A DNA stretch of 64,000 bases, from contig CM060734.1 of the NCBI GenBank assembly GCA_030704615.1, forward strand, positions 25,978,001 through 26,042,000, read 5' to 3'. This document shows positions 51,501 to 64,000 of the stretch, in pieces (the stretch's first letter is position 1; every line of letters starts with the position of its first letter). Below the pieces are notes generated by a model that saw only the letters and a program-made list of their open reading frames with translations, did not search any database and was not told where the DNA came from. Position numbers and translations under genes: made by a program. Source of the DNA: Takakia lepidozioides. Its lineage: Eukaryota; Plantae; Bryophyta.

Positions 51501-54500
51501 GCACGCATTGCAGGATTGTTTTTTCGCAATGAACAAAAACCAGATGACAATTGAACACCTCATTGGCCCATCGAACGAATTTCGATTGATCTTGTATAAC
51601 ACTCGGACCTATCAGTGGGTACATTGAACACACTGGCCAAGTCTCAAAGCGAACGAAAATCATTTGGATGGGCAACCATCCGTTGGCCCATTGAGCGAAT
51701 TTCGATTGATCACATATTACTCTAGGGCCTCTTCCATGGTACATTGAACATACTAGCCAAGTTTCAAAGCGAACCAAAATCATTTGGATGGGCAACTATG
51801 CGTTGAGCCATCGAATGAATTTCGATTGATCTGATATTAGTCCGGGACTTGTGAGAGGGTGTCTCGAACGTACTGGCAAAGTTTGGAAGCAAACAAAAAT
51901 GATTTGGATGGGCAACCATCCGTTCACCCATTGAATGTATTCAATTGGATCTGCTATTGTCTTGGGACTTGTTGGACTGCGTTTCGCGTGCTCATTTTTT
52001 TTTTTCATTCCGTTTTTTAATGGGGCGTGTGACGACTCCATTTGCAACGTGCGTGCCAAATTTGGGAGCGATAAAAAATCATTTGGACCCAAAACCACAA
52101 TTTCTTGCCCGTTTTGCACTCCAAACTTGATTTGTGCTCTACTTCATGCACTTTTCATATGAGAGTTCTGCAATAGTGAGCGAAAAGAACACTTTTTTTT
52201 GGGGGCATTTTTTATTGGTCCAAATTTCGGCAGGGGAGTAGTAATGGGATGCTTGAAGCCGCAAAACAAAAATGAGCCAAAAACAAAATCGATACATACC
52301 AGAAACCCCGGATGAAAGGCAGTGCAAACCTATTTATTGGCTTAAAATTAATTTAAATTCAATTACATTCTCGAATGGCTTGGTGTCGATGGGGAGGCAA
52401 ATGATTTATTCATCTCTTGTGTCTCCGCACATGTGTCGCACACATGTTCAAGCACATGCGGGTAAAAGAGGGGCTTCAACCAAATCCGTTCAATGGGTGC
52501 AATAGCCGTGCACGCATTGCAGGATTGTTTTTTCGCAATGAACAAAAACCAGATGACAATTGAACGCCTCATTGGCCCATTGAACGAATTTCGATTGATC
52601 TTGTATAACACTCGGACCTATCAGTGGGTACATTGAACACACTGGCCAAGTCTCAAAGCGAACGAAAATCATTTGGATGGGCAACCATCCGTTGGCCCAT
52701 TGAGCGAATTTCGATTGATCACATATTACTCTAGGGCCTCTTCCATGGTACATTGAACATACTCGCCAAGTCTGAAAGGGAACCGAAATCATTTGGATGG
52801 GCAACCATCCGTTGAGCCATTGAATGAATTTCGATTGATGTGATATTAGTCGGGGACCTGTGAGAGGGTGTCTCGAACGTACTGGCAAAGTTTGGAAGCA
52901 AACAAAAATGATTTGGATGGGCAACCATCCGTTCACCCATTGAATGTATTCTGTTGGATCTGCTATTATCTTGGGACTTGTTGGACTACGTTTTGCGTCC
53001 TCATGTTTTTTTTTCATTCCGTTTTTGAATATGGCATGTGATGACTCCATATGCAACGTGCGTGCCAAATTTGGGAGCGATCAAAAATCATTTTGACCCA
53101 AAACCACAATTTCTTGCCCGTTTTGCACTCCAAACTTGATTTGTGCTCTACTTCATGCACTTTTCATAGGAGAGTTCTGCAATAGTGAGCGAAAAGAACA
53201 CTTTTTTTTTGGGTCATTTTTTATTGGTCGAAATTTCGGCGGGGGAGTAGGAGTGGGATGCTTGAAGCCGCAAAACAAAAATGAGCCAAAAACAAAATCG
53301 ATACATACCAGAAACCCCGGATGAAAGGGAGTGCAAACCTATTTATTGGCTTAAAATTAATTTAAATTCAATTACATTCTGGAATGGCTTGGTGTCGATG
53401 GGGAGGCAAATGATTTATTCGTCTCTTGTGTCTTCGCACATGTGTCGCACACATGTTCAAGCACATGCGGGTAAAAGAGGGCTTCAACCACATCCGTTCA
53501 ATGGGTGCAATAGCCGTGCACGCATTGCAAGATTTCTTTTTTCGCAATGAACAAAAACCAGATGACAATTGAATGCCTCATTGGCCCATTGAACGAATTT
53601 CGATTGATCTTGTATTACACTGGGACCTATCAGAGGGTACATTGAACACACTGGCCAAGTCTCAAATCGAACGAAAATCATTTGGATGGGCAACCATCCG
53701 TTGGCCCATTGAGCGAATTTCGATTGATCACATATTACTCTAGGGCCTCTTCCATGGTACATTGAACATACTGGCCAAGTCTGAAAGCGAACCGAAATCA
53801 TTTGGATGGGCAACCATGCGTTGAGCCATCGAACGAATTTCGATTGATCTGATATTAGTCCGGGACTTGTGAGAGGGTGTTTCGAACGTACTGGCAAAGT
53901 TTGGAAGCAAACAAAAATGATTTGGATGGGCAACCATCCGTTCACCCATTGAATGTATTCTGTTGGATCTGCTATTATCTTGGGACTTGTTGGACTGCGT
54001 TTCGCGTGCTCATGTTTTTTTTTTCATTCCATTTTTGAATGGGGCATGTGATGACTCCATATGCAATGTGCGTGCCAAATTTGGGAGCGATCAAAAATCA
54101 TTTGGACCCAAAACCACAGTTTCTTGCCCGTTTTGCACTCCAAACATGATTTGTGCTCTGCTTCATGCACTTTTCATAGGAGAGTTCTGCAATAGCGAGC
54201 GAAGAGACCACCTTTTTTTGGGGGCATTTTTTATTGGTATAAATTTCGGCGGGGGAGTAGCAGTGGGATGCTTGAAGCCGCAAAACAAAAATGAGTCAAA
54301 AACAAAATCGATACATACCAGAAACCCCCGATGAAAGGTAGTGCAAACCTATTTATTGGCTTAAAATTAATTTAAATTCAATTACATTCTCGAATGGCTT
54401 GGTGTCGATGGGGACGCAAATGATTTATTCGTCTCTTGTGTCTCCGCACATGCGTTACACACATGTTCAAGCACATGCAGGCAAAAGAGGGGCTTCAACC

Positions 54501-55975
54501 ACATCCGTTCAATGGGTGCAATAGCCGTGCACGCATTGCAAGATTTCTTTTTTCGCAATGAACAAAAACCAGATGACAACTGAACACCTCATTGGCCCAT
54601 CGAACAATTTTCGATTGATCTCGTATTACATTGGACCTATCAGAGGGTACATTGAACACACTGGCCAAGTCTCAAAGCGAACGAAAATCATTTGGATGGG
54701 CAACCATCCGTTGGCCCATTGAACGAATTTCGATTGATCTCATATTACTCAGGGGCCTCTTCCATGGTACATTGAACATACAAGCCAAGTCTCAAAGCGA
54801 ACAAAAATGATTTGGATGGACAACCATCCGTTCACCCATTGAATGTATTCTGTTGGATCTGCTATTACTTTACGACCTGTTGGACTGCATTTCGCGCGCT
54901 CATGTTTTTTTTTTTCATTCCGTTTTTTAATGGGGCGTGTGATGACTCCATATGCAACGTGCATGCAAAATTTGGGAGCGGTCAAAAATCATTTGGACCC
55001 AAAACCACAATTTCTTGCCCGTTTTGCACTCCAAACTTGATTTGTGCTCTACTTCATGCACTTTTCATAGGAGAGTTCTGCAATAGTGAGCGAAGAGAAC
55101 ACTTTTTTTTGGGGCATTTTTTATTGGTCCAAATTTCGGCGGGGAGTAGGAGTGGGATGCTTGAAGCCGCAGAACAAAAATGAGCCAAAAACAAAATCGA
55201 TACGTGCCAGAAACCCGGATGAAAGGCAGTGCAAACCTATTTATTGGCTTAAAATTAATTTAAATTCAATTACATTCTGGAATGGCTTGGTGTCGATGGG
55301 GAGGCAAATGATTTATTCGTCTCTTGTGTCTTCGCACATGTGTCGCACACATGTTCAAGCACATGCGGGTAAAAGTGGGGCTTCAACCACATCCGTTCAA
55401 TGGGTGCAATAGCCGTGCACGCATTGCAGGATTTCTTTTTCGCAATGAACAAAAACCAGATGACAATTGAACGCCTCATTGGCCCATTGAACGAATTTCG
55501 ATTGATCTTGTATTACACTGGGACCTATCAGAGGGTACATTGAACACACTGGCCAAGTCTCAAAGCGAACAAAAATCATTTGGATGGGCAACCATCCGTT
55601 GGCCCATTGAACAAATTTCGATTGATCTCATATTACTCTGGGGCCTCTTCAATGGTACATTGAACATATTGGCCTAGTCTGAAAGCGAACCCAAATCATT
55701 TGGATGGGCAACCATCCGTTGAGCCATCGAATGAATTTCGATTGATCTGATATTAGTCCGGGACCTGTGAGAGGGTGTCTCGAACGTACTGGCAAAGTTT
55801 GGAATCAAACAAAAATGATTTGGATGGGCAACCATCCGTTCACCCATTGAATGTATTCTGTTGGATCTGCTATTTCCTTGGGACCTGTTGGACTGCGTTT
55901 CGCGTGCTCATTTTTTTTTTTTCATTCCGTTTTTGAATGGGGCGTGTGATGACTCCATATGCAACGTGCGTGCCA
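45525..55975. repeat. Satellite array, ~1.01-kb monomer (about 10 copies), each with ~3 x 120-bp subrepeats
   Basis: ttaaaattaatttaaattcaattacattc at ~46285, 47293, 48305, 49313, 50323, 51334, 52342, 53351, 54361, 55249; subunit core atcatttggatgggcaaccatccgtt. Confidence 0.97.
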
Positions 55976-57263
55976 TACTATTCCACATGGATGAAAAATC
56001 TTAGAGGCAAATGAAAGCTGTCTTTTCGTCCATCCAATTGGATGACCAGGTGGCACGAGTTGTTATTTCATCCATCCAGCTCGTCAAGGCGAATTCCAAG
56101 ATTTTTCATCCATCCAAGAAGTAGAAATGCAAATAATAGCCCTTGTGAGTGCCGTCGACTGAATAATTTGGCCCTGCTGCTTATCACCTCCATAAATCAC
56201 CAAACTTGGTGAAAAACTACAATTATATACCCCGTATCAGCCTATAAATTCTCATCTCCATCGGTGGTAAGAAGTTGTGCTTCTCGCCATTCGTCGTATT
56301 TTCGCTACACACATATTTTGTGGTATATTTGGAAATCAAATCCCTGGTGATGGCTCTGGGGACTTTGACCCTGCCACTGCGTCATAGATTGTCCGGAGTC
56401 CCCTCTAGTTGTCCGCACCGCTAACAAGTCCACGCTTCGCCGTTTGAAGTCGTCCTGACTTGCTGTCATTCCGATGCGGCCAATTGCTTTGTTGCGATAT
56501 TTCATCGCTATACATGTCGCTTCCACCAATTGCCAAGCTCCTTGCCATGTGTTCCTACTGGACTTGAAAGGCGGGAGAAAAGAGAGATCGCAATCTGGGA
56601 GTGGAACAGTCGTCCTGTATTGTTCGAACATGATTAACTCGCCGTTTCTGGTACCGAATTGGCAGCCTAACCTTGCGTCGATGCAGCTTCCTACGGTCAT
56701 CTTGACGCCAGAGTTCCACTCCATGGTCGTCGCAGACACTGTCTAATTTCCTACATGCTTTACCAATGATTTCCAGATAACTAACAAACTACTTTGTTTT
56801 GGCAGTGCAATGCCGAAACCGCTTGTCTTACGATAAAAAACGATCTGAAAAGAAAGTGTACCAATATATGCATCTACACCGACATCATCGGACCCATCCC
56901 AATCGTCGGAGTTGGAGTCCCTCGTGGCGTCGGTGTCATGCACATGGTAGACGATTTCTCACACACACTAAAAAACCTGCTCCTTTGGGATATGTTCATA
57001 TGCTCTATCTGGGATGGAACGGGTCAGTGCCAAAGGTCTCATCAAAGAAGCTTTGAATTTTTTTGAATAGCTTAGTTTATGTCTATTGTTTGAGGATGTT
57101 GTGTTGGATGAACTTACCACAAGCAGTGTAATCTGGAATACTACACTTTCTTCATCTTACTGGACGTTCCTTATTCTCTAGTTTTCAATACCTATACTTC
57201 ATTTATACTTCATGGGTTCATTCATGATCATTAACATCTATCCTCAAGTGGGATGAACACTAG

Positions 57264-57344
57264 GATGCCGCGACTTATGTGTTGCTATCAAACATCTATG
57301 CTACAGCTGGCAAGTGGGATGATACTGCAAAGGTGAGGGGATTG
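57264..57344 (+). pseudogene. Isolated fragment of a PLS-class PPR gene (E domain)
   Basis: Translates DAATYVLLSNIYATAGKWDDTAKVRGL, the typical E-motif; preceded by an in-frame stop; no PPR repeats recognised nearby. Confidence 0.8.
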
Positions 57345-58289
57345 CCATTTTGTCAGCCATCAGCGATCAGTATGACGTGGACATACGAAAAATGGCCGCG
57401 TGGCAAAGGGTCGTCCATTTTTTTTCTTTCCGGCTGCCCATAAATCCAAAACTGAATGATAGTCGTTTTTCCAGTAGGAAATGAATGAGAACAACTATAT
57501 TGCTTGTCAACATCGGATAACTAACATCGACACCTAACAAGGTAAGATACAAAACCCTTTATCACATAAGGCTGGCAAAGGCGGGGTATGAGTTGTGGAA
57601 TTAAGGGACAACAGTCGTAGGCTAGATGGCCGCGGAGAACACCTTCGTTGGCCAAAGGTGGAGGATGAAGAAGATGATCGGGGTGAAGTTGGGAAAAATG
57701 AGAATTTTTGTTTTAAAATAAAATAAAATAAAATAAAAATATACTAACATTGCTTTATCATCCTCCACCTTCGATGGACGAAGGTACGGGGTGAAGTGGG
57801 GAAAATGATAATTTTTGGAAGCGCCATGGCTGAGCGAATGTTGTCACCTTCGTTAGTCAAAGGTGCAGTTTTTGGGCAGGGGCAAATGGGTGAAGGCAAC
57901 CTTCGTTGACCTTGTAGATTTATTGTGGGTTTTTGGGCGGCAGGGGAAAATTTGCAGTTTTTTTTGAGCAGTGATGAGGTTGCAGTTTTTGAGAAGAGTG
58001 CAGAGGGCAACACCAAAGCAAGGCACAACAAAATGTTCGTTGCTTGTGACCTTCGTTGACCTTCGTCACTGATGGAATTGAGGGCTGGTTTAATGACAGA
58101 ACTATGAGCTCTCTCCCAATGTGAGGAAGAATGATGAGGTCGGAGGGGTTAGAAAAAGAGCCAGGTCTGCTGCCGCATTTGCATTGAGATTGGGCAACAG
58201 GGTTGCCACACCTTCATTGTAGATGACAAGTTTGCATCCCATAATAAGGATAATCCATGCTAAGCTGAGAGGCATATTGGTTTTGACAT

Positions 58290-58789
58290 NNNNNNNNNNN
58301 NNNNNNNNNNNNNNNNNNNNNNNNNNNNNNNNNNNNNNNNNNNNNNNNNNNNNNNNNNNNNNNNNNNNNNNNNNNNNNNNNNNNNNNNNNNNNNNNNNNN
58401 NNNNNNNNNNNNNNNNNNNNNNNNNNNNNNNNNNNNNNNNNNNNNNNNNNNNNNNNNNNNNNNNNNNNNNNNNNNNNNNNNNNNNNNNNNNNNNNNNNNN
58501 NNNNNNNNNNNNNNNNNNNNNNNNNNNNNNNNNNNNNNNNNNNNNNNNNNNNNNNNNNNNNNNNNNNNNNNNNNNNNNNNNNNNNNNNNNNNNNNNNNNN
58601 NNNNNNNNNNNNNNNNNNNNNNNNNNNNNNNNNNNNNNNNNNNNNNNNNNNNNNNNNNNNNNNNNNNNNNNNNNNNNNNNNNNNNNNNNNNNNNNNNNNN
58701 NNNNNNNNNNNNNNNNNNNNNNNNNNNNNNNNNNNNNNNNNNNNNNNNNNNNNNNNNNNNNNNNNNNNNNNNNNNNNNNNNNNNNNNNN
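58290..58789. other. Assembly gap (500 N)
   Basis: Run of exactly 500 N. Confidence 1.
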
Positions 58790-61700
58790 CCAGATGACAA
58801 TTGAACACCTCATTGGCCCATCGAACGAATTTCGATTGATCTTGTATAACACTCGGACCTATCAGTGGGTACATTGAACACACTGGCCAAGTCTCAAAGC
58901 GAACGAAAATCATTTGGATGGGCAACCATCCGTTGGCCCATTGAGCGAATTTCGATTGATCACATATTACTCTAGGGCCTCTTCCATGGTACATTGAACA
59001 TACTAGCCAAGTTTCAAAGCGAACCAAAATCATTTGGATGGGCAACTATGCGTTGAGCCATCGAATGAATTTCGATTGATCTGATATTAGTCCGGGACTT
59101 GTGAGAGGGTGTCTCGAACGTACTGGCAAAGTTTGGAAGCAAACAAAAATGATTTGGATGGGCAACCATCCGTTCACCCATTGAATGTATTCAATTGGAT
59201 CTGCTATTGTCTTGGGACTTGTTGGACTGCGTTTCGCGTGCTCATTTTTTTTTTTCATTCCGTTTTTTAATGGGGCGTGTGACGACTCCATTTGCAACGT
59301 GCGTGCCAAATTTGGGAGCGATAAAAAATCATTTGGACCCAAAACCACAATTTCTTGCCCGTTTTGCACTCCAAACTTGATTTGTGCTCTACTTCATGCA
59401 CTTTTCATATGAGAGTTCTGCAATAGTGAGCGAAAAGAACACTTTTTTTTGGGGGCATTTTTTATTGGTCCAAATTTCGGCAGGGGAGTAGTAATGGGAT
59501 GCTTGAAGCCGCAAAACAAAAATGAGCCAAAAACAAAATCGATACATACCAGAAACCCCGGATGAAAGGCAGTGCAAACCTATTTATTGGCTTAAAATTA
59601 ATTTAAATTCAATTACATTCTCGAATGGCTTGGTGTCGATGGGGAGGCAAATGATTTATTCATCTCTTGTGTCTCCGCACATGTGTCGCACACATGTTCA
59701 AGCACATGCGGGTAAAAGAGGGGCTTCAACCAAATCCGTTCAATGGGTGCAATAGCCGTGCACGCATTGCAGGATTGTTTTTTCGCAATGAACAAAAACC
59801 AGATGACAATTGAACGCCTCATTGGCCCATTGAACGAATTTCGATTGATCTTGTATAACACTCGGACCTATCAGTGGGTACATTGAACACACTGGCCAAG
59901 TCTCAAAGCGAACGAAAATCATTTGGATGGGCAACCATCCGTTGGCCCATTGAGCGAATTTCGATTGATCACATATTACTCTAGGGCCTCTTCCATGGTA
60001 CATTGAACATACTCGCCAAGTCTGAAAGGGAACCGAAATCATTTGGATGGGCAACCATCCGTTGAGCCATTGAATGAATTTCGATTGATGTGATATTAGT
60101 CGGGGACCTGTGAGAGGGTGTCTCGAACGTACTGGCAAAGTTTGGAAGCAAACAAAAATGATTTGGATGGGCAACCATCCGTTCACCCATTGAATGTATT
60201 CTGTTGGATCTGCTATTATCTTGGGACTTGTTGGACTACGTTTTGCGTCCTCATGTTTTTTTTTCATTCCGTTTTTGAATATGGCATGTGATGACTCCAT
60301 ATGCAACGTGCGTGCCAAATTTGGGAGCGATCAAAAATCATTTTGACCCAAAACCACAATTTCTTGCCCGTTTTGCACTCCAAACTTGATTTGTGCTCTA
60401 CTTCATGCACTTTTCATAGGAGAGTTCTGCAATAGTGAGCGAAAAGAACACTTTTTTTTGGGTCATTTTTTATTGGTCGAAATTTCGGCGGGGGAGTAGG
60501 AGTGGGATGCTTGAAGCCGCAAAACAAAAATGAGCCAAAAACAAAATCGATACATACCAGAAACCCCGGATGAAAGGGAGTGCAAACCTATTTATTGGCT
60601 TAAAATTAATTTAAATTCAATTACATTCTGGAATGGCTTGGTGTCGATGGGGAGGCAAATGATTTATTCGTCTCTTGTGTCTTCGCACATGTGTCGCACA
60701 CATGTTCAAGCACATGCGGGTAAAAGAGGGCTTCAACCACATCCGTTCAATGGGTAGCCGTGCACGCATTGCAAGATTTCTTTTTTCGCAATGAACAAAA
60801 ACCAGATGACAATTGAATGCCTCATTGGCCCATTGAACGAATTTCGATTGATCTTGTATTACACTGGGACCTATCAGAGGGTACATTGAACACACTGGCC
60901 AAGTCTCAAATCGAACGAAAATCATTTGGATGGGCAACCATCCGTTGGCCCATTGAGCGAATTTCGATTGATCACATATTACTCTAGGGCCTCTTCCATG
61001 GTACATTGAACATACTGGCCAAGTCTGAAAGCGAACCGAAATCATTTGGATGGGCAACCATGCGTTGAGCCATCGAACGAATTTCGATTGATCTGATATT
61101 AGTCCGGGACTTGTGAGAGGGTGTTTCGAACGTACTGGCAAAGTTTGGAAGCAAACAAAAATGATTTGGATGGGCAACCATCCGTTCACCCATTGAATGT
61201 ATTCTGTTGGATCTGCTATTATCTTGGGACTTGTTGGACTGCGTTTCGCGTGCTCATGTTTTTTTTTTCATTCCATTTTTGAATGGGGCATGTGATGACT
61301 CCATATGCAATGTGCGTGCCAAATTTGGGAGCGATCAAAAATCATTTGGACCCAAAACCACAGTTTCTTGCCCGTTTTGCACTCCAAACATGATTTGTGC
61401 TCTGCTTCATGCACTTTTCATAGGAGAGTTCTGCAATAGCGAGCGAAGAGACCACCTTTTTTTGGGGGCATTTTTTATTGGTATAAATTTCGGCGGGGGA
61501 GTAGCAGTGGGATGCTTGAAGCCGCAAAACAAAAATGAGTCAAAAACAAAATCGATACATACCAGAAACCCCCGATGAAAGGTAGTGCAAACCTATTTAT
61601 TGGCTTAAAATTAATTTAAATTCAATTACATTCTCGAATGGCTTGGTGTCGATGGGGACGCAAATGATTTATTCGTCTCTTGTGTCTCCGCACATGCGTT

Positions 61701-64000
61701 ACACACATGTTCAAGCACATGCAGGCAAAAGAGGGGCTTCAACCACATCCGTTCAATGGGTGCAATAGCCGTGCACGCATTGCAAGATTTCTTTTTTCGC
61801 AATGAACAAAAACCAGATGACAACTGAACACCTCATTGGCCCATCGAACAATTTTCGATTGATCTCGTATTACATTGGACCTATCAGAGGGTACATTGAA
61901 CACACTGGCCAAGTCTCAAAGCGAACGAAAATCATTTGGATGGGCAACCATCCGTTGGCCCATTGAACGAATTTCGATTGATCTCATATTACTCAGGGGC
62001 CTCTTCCATGGTACATTGAACATACAAGCCAAGTCTCAAAGCGAACAAAAATGATTTGGATGGACAACCATCCGTTCACCCATTGAATGTATTCTGTTGG
62101 ATCTGCTATTACTTTACGACCTGTTGGACTGCATTTCGCGCGCTCATGTTTTTTTTTTTCATTCCGTTTTTTAATGGGGGCGTGTGATGACTCCATATGC
62201 AACGTGCATGCAAAATTTGGGAGCGGTCAAAAATCATTTGGACCCAAAACCACAATTTCTTGCCCGTTTTGCACTCCAAACTTGATTTGTGCTCTACTTC
62301 ATGCACTTTTCATAGGAGAGTTCTGCAATAGTGAGCGAAGAGAACACTTTTTTTTGGGGCATTTTTTATTGGTCCAAATTTCGGCGGGGAGTAGGAGTGG
62401 GATGCTTGAAGCCGCAGAACAAAAATGAGCCAAAAACAAAATCGATACGTGCCAGAAACCCGGATGAAAGGCAGTGCAAACCTATTTATTGGCTTAAAAT
62501 TAATTTAAATTCAATTACATTCTGGAATGGCTTGGTGTCGATGGGGAGGCAAATGATTTATTCGTCTCTTGTGTCTTCGCACATGTGTCGCACACATGTT
62601 CAAGCACATGCGGGTAAAAGTGGGGCTTCAACCACATCCGTTCAATGGGTGCAATAGCCGTGCACGCATTGCAGGATTTCTTTTTCGCAATGAACAAAAA
62701 CCAGATGACAATTGAACGCCTCATTGGCCCATTGAACGAATTTCGATTGATCTTGTATTACACTGGGACCTATCAGAGGGTACATTGAACACACTGGCCA
62801 AGTCTCAAAGCGAACAAAAATCATTTGGATGGGCAACCATCCGTTGGCCCATTGAACAAATTTCGATTGATCTCATATTACTCTGGGGCCTCTTCAATGG
62901 TACATTGAACATATTGGCCTAGTCTGAAAGCGAACCCAAATCATTTGGATGGGCAACCATCCGTTGAGCCATCGAATGAATTTCGATTGATCTGATATTA
63001 GTCCGGGACCTGTGAGAGGGTGTCTCGAACGTACTGGCAAAGTTTGGAATCAAACAAAAATGATTTGGATGGGCAACCATCCGTTCACCCATTGAATGTA
63101 TTCTGTTGGATCTGCTATTTCCTTGGGACCTGTTGGACTGCGTTTCGCGTGCTCATTTTTTTTTTTTTCATTCCGTTTTTGAATGGGGCGTGTGATGACT
63201 CCATATGCAACGTGCGTGCCATACTATTCCACATGGATGAAAAATCTTAGAGGCAAATGAAAGCTGTCTTTTCGTCCATCCAATTGGATGACCAGGTGGC
63301 ACGAGTTGTTATTTCATCCATCCAGCTCGTCAAGGCGAATTCCAAGATTTTTCATCCATCCAAGAAGTAGAAATGCAAATAATAGCCCTTGTGAGTGCCG
63401 TCGACTGAATAATTTGGCCCTGCTGCTTATCACCTCCATAAATCACCAAACTTGGTGAAAAACTACAATTATATACCCCGTATCAGCCTATAAATTCTCA
63501 TCTCCATCGGTGGTAAGAAGTTGTGCTTCTCGCCATTCGTCGTATTTTCGCTACACACATATTTTGTGGTATATTTGGAAATCAAATCCCTGGTGATGGC
63601 TCTGGGGACTTTGACCCTGCCACTGCGTCATAGATTGTCCGGAGTCCCCTCTAGTTGTCCCGCACCGCTAACAAGTCCACGCTTCGCCGTTTGAAGTCGT
63701 CCTGACTTGCTGTCATTCCGATGCGGCCAATTGCTTTGTTGCGATATTTCATCGCTATACATGTCGCTTCCACCAATTGCCAAGCTCCTTGCCATGTGTT
63801 CCTACTGGACTTGAAAGGCGGGAGAAAAGAGAGATCGCAATCTGGGAGTGGAACAGTCGTCCTGTATTGTTCGAACATGATTAACTCGCCGTTTCTGGTA
63901 CCGAATTGGCAGCCTAACCTTGCGTCGATGCAGCTTCCTACGGTCATCTTGACGCCAGAGTTCCACTCCATGGTCGTCGCAGACACTGTCTAATTTCCTA
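58790..64000 (+). repeat. Near-identical duplicate of 51540-56752 (satellite plus unique flank)
   Basis: Offset ~7250. Same monomer variants and the same satellite/unique junction; the differences I saw are tiny indels. Confidence 0.93.

Noticed and set aside
56305-56739. 144-aa ORF in the unique flank
   Set aside because: No recognisable motif; the duplicate copy is frameshifted and is likely the same locus.
58102-59045. ORFs spanning the N run
   Set aside because: Artefacts of the gap.
45651-63250. Many recurring 60-210 aa ORFs in the satellite
   Set aside because: Products of the repeat; frames break between monomers and show no domain motifs.

Overview
Repeat-dominated eukaryotic DNA, most likely from a non-seed land plant. 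This is inferred from a PLS-class PPR E-motif fragment, an intron-containing plant-type fatty acid hydroxylase, and Ty3/gypsy elements. I found no intact host gene. The main result is a complete, TSD-bounded ~11 kb Ty3/gypsy-like retrotransposon (30485-41496, +). Its pol reading frame carries a DNMT3-like C5-cytosine methyltransferase between protease and RT, and its integrase ends in a PHD finger. Its ends form split direct repeats (A1...B1-A2-B2) rather than two ordinary LTRs, and it is inserted into the integrase of an older relative on the opposite strand. The window also holds: two decayed copies of a spliced gene with a ParB/Srx-like 'DGNHR' motif next to arrays of a 30-bp palindrome; a second, truncated gypsy element with an extra 5' ORF; a solo LTR with a 5-bp TSD; a pseudogenised cytochrome b5-fused sphingolipid fatty acid 2-hydroxylase; a ~1.01 kb satellite with 120-bp subunits and a ~3.03 kb higher-order period; and a 500-N gap followed by a probable assembly duplication. 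All calls come from reading motifs by eye, without database searches.
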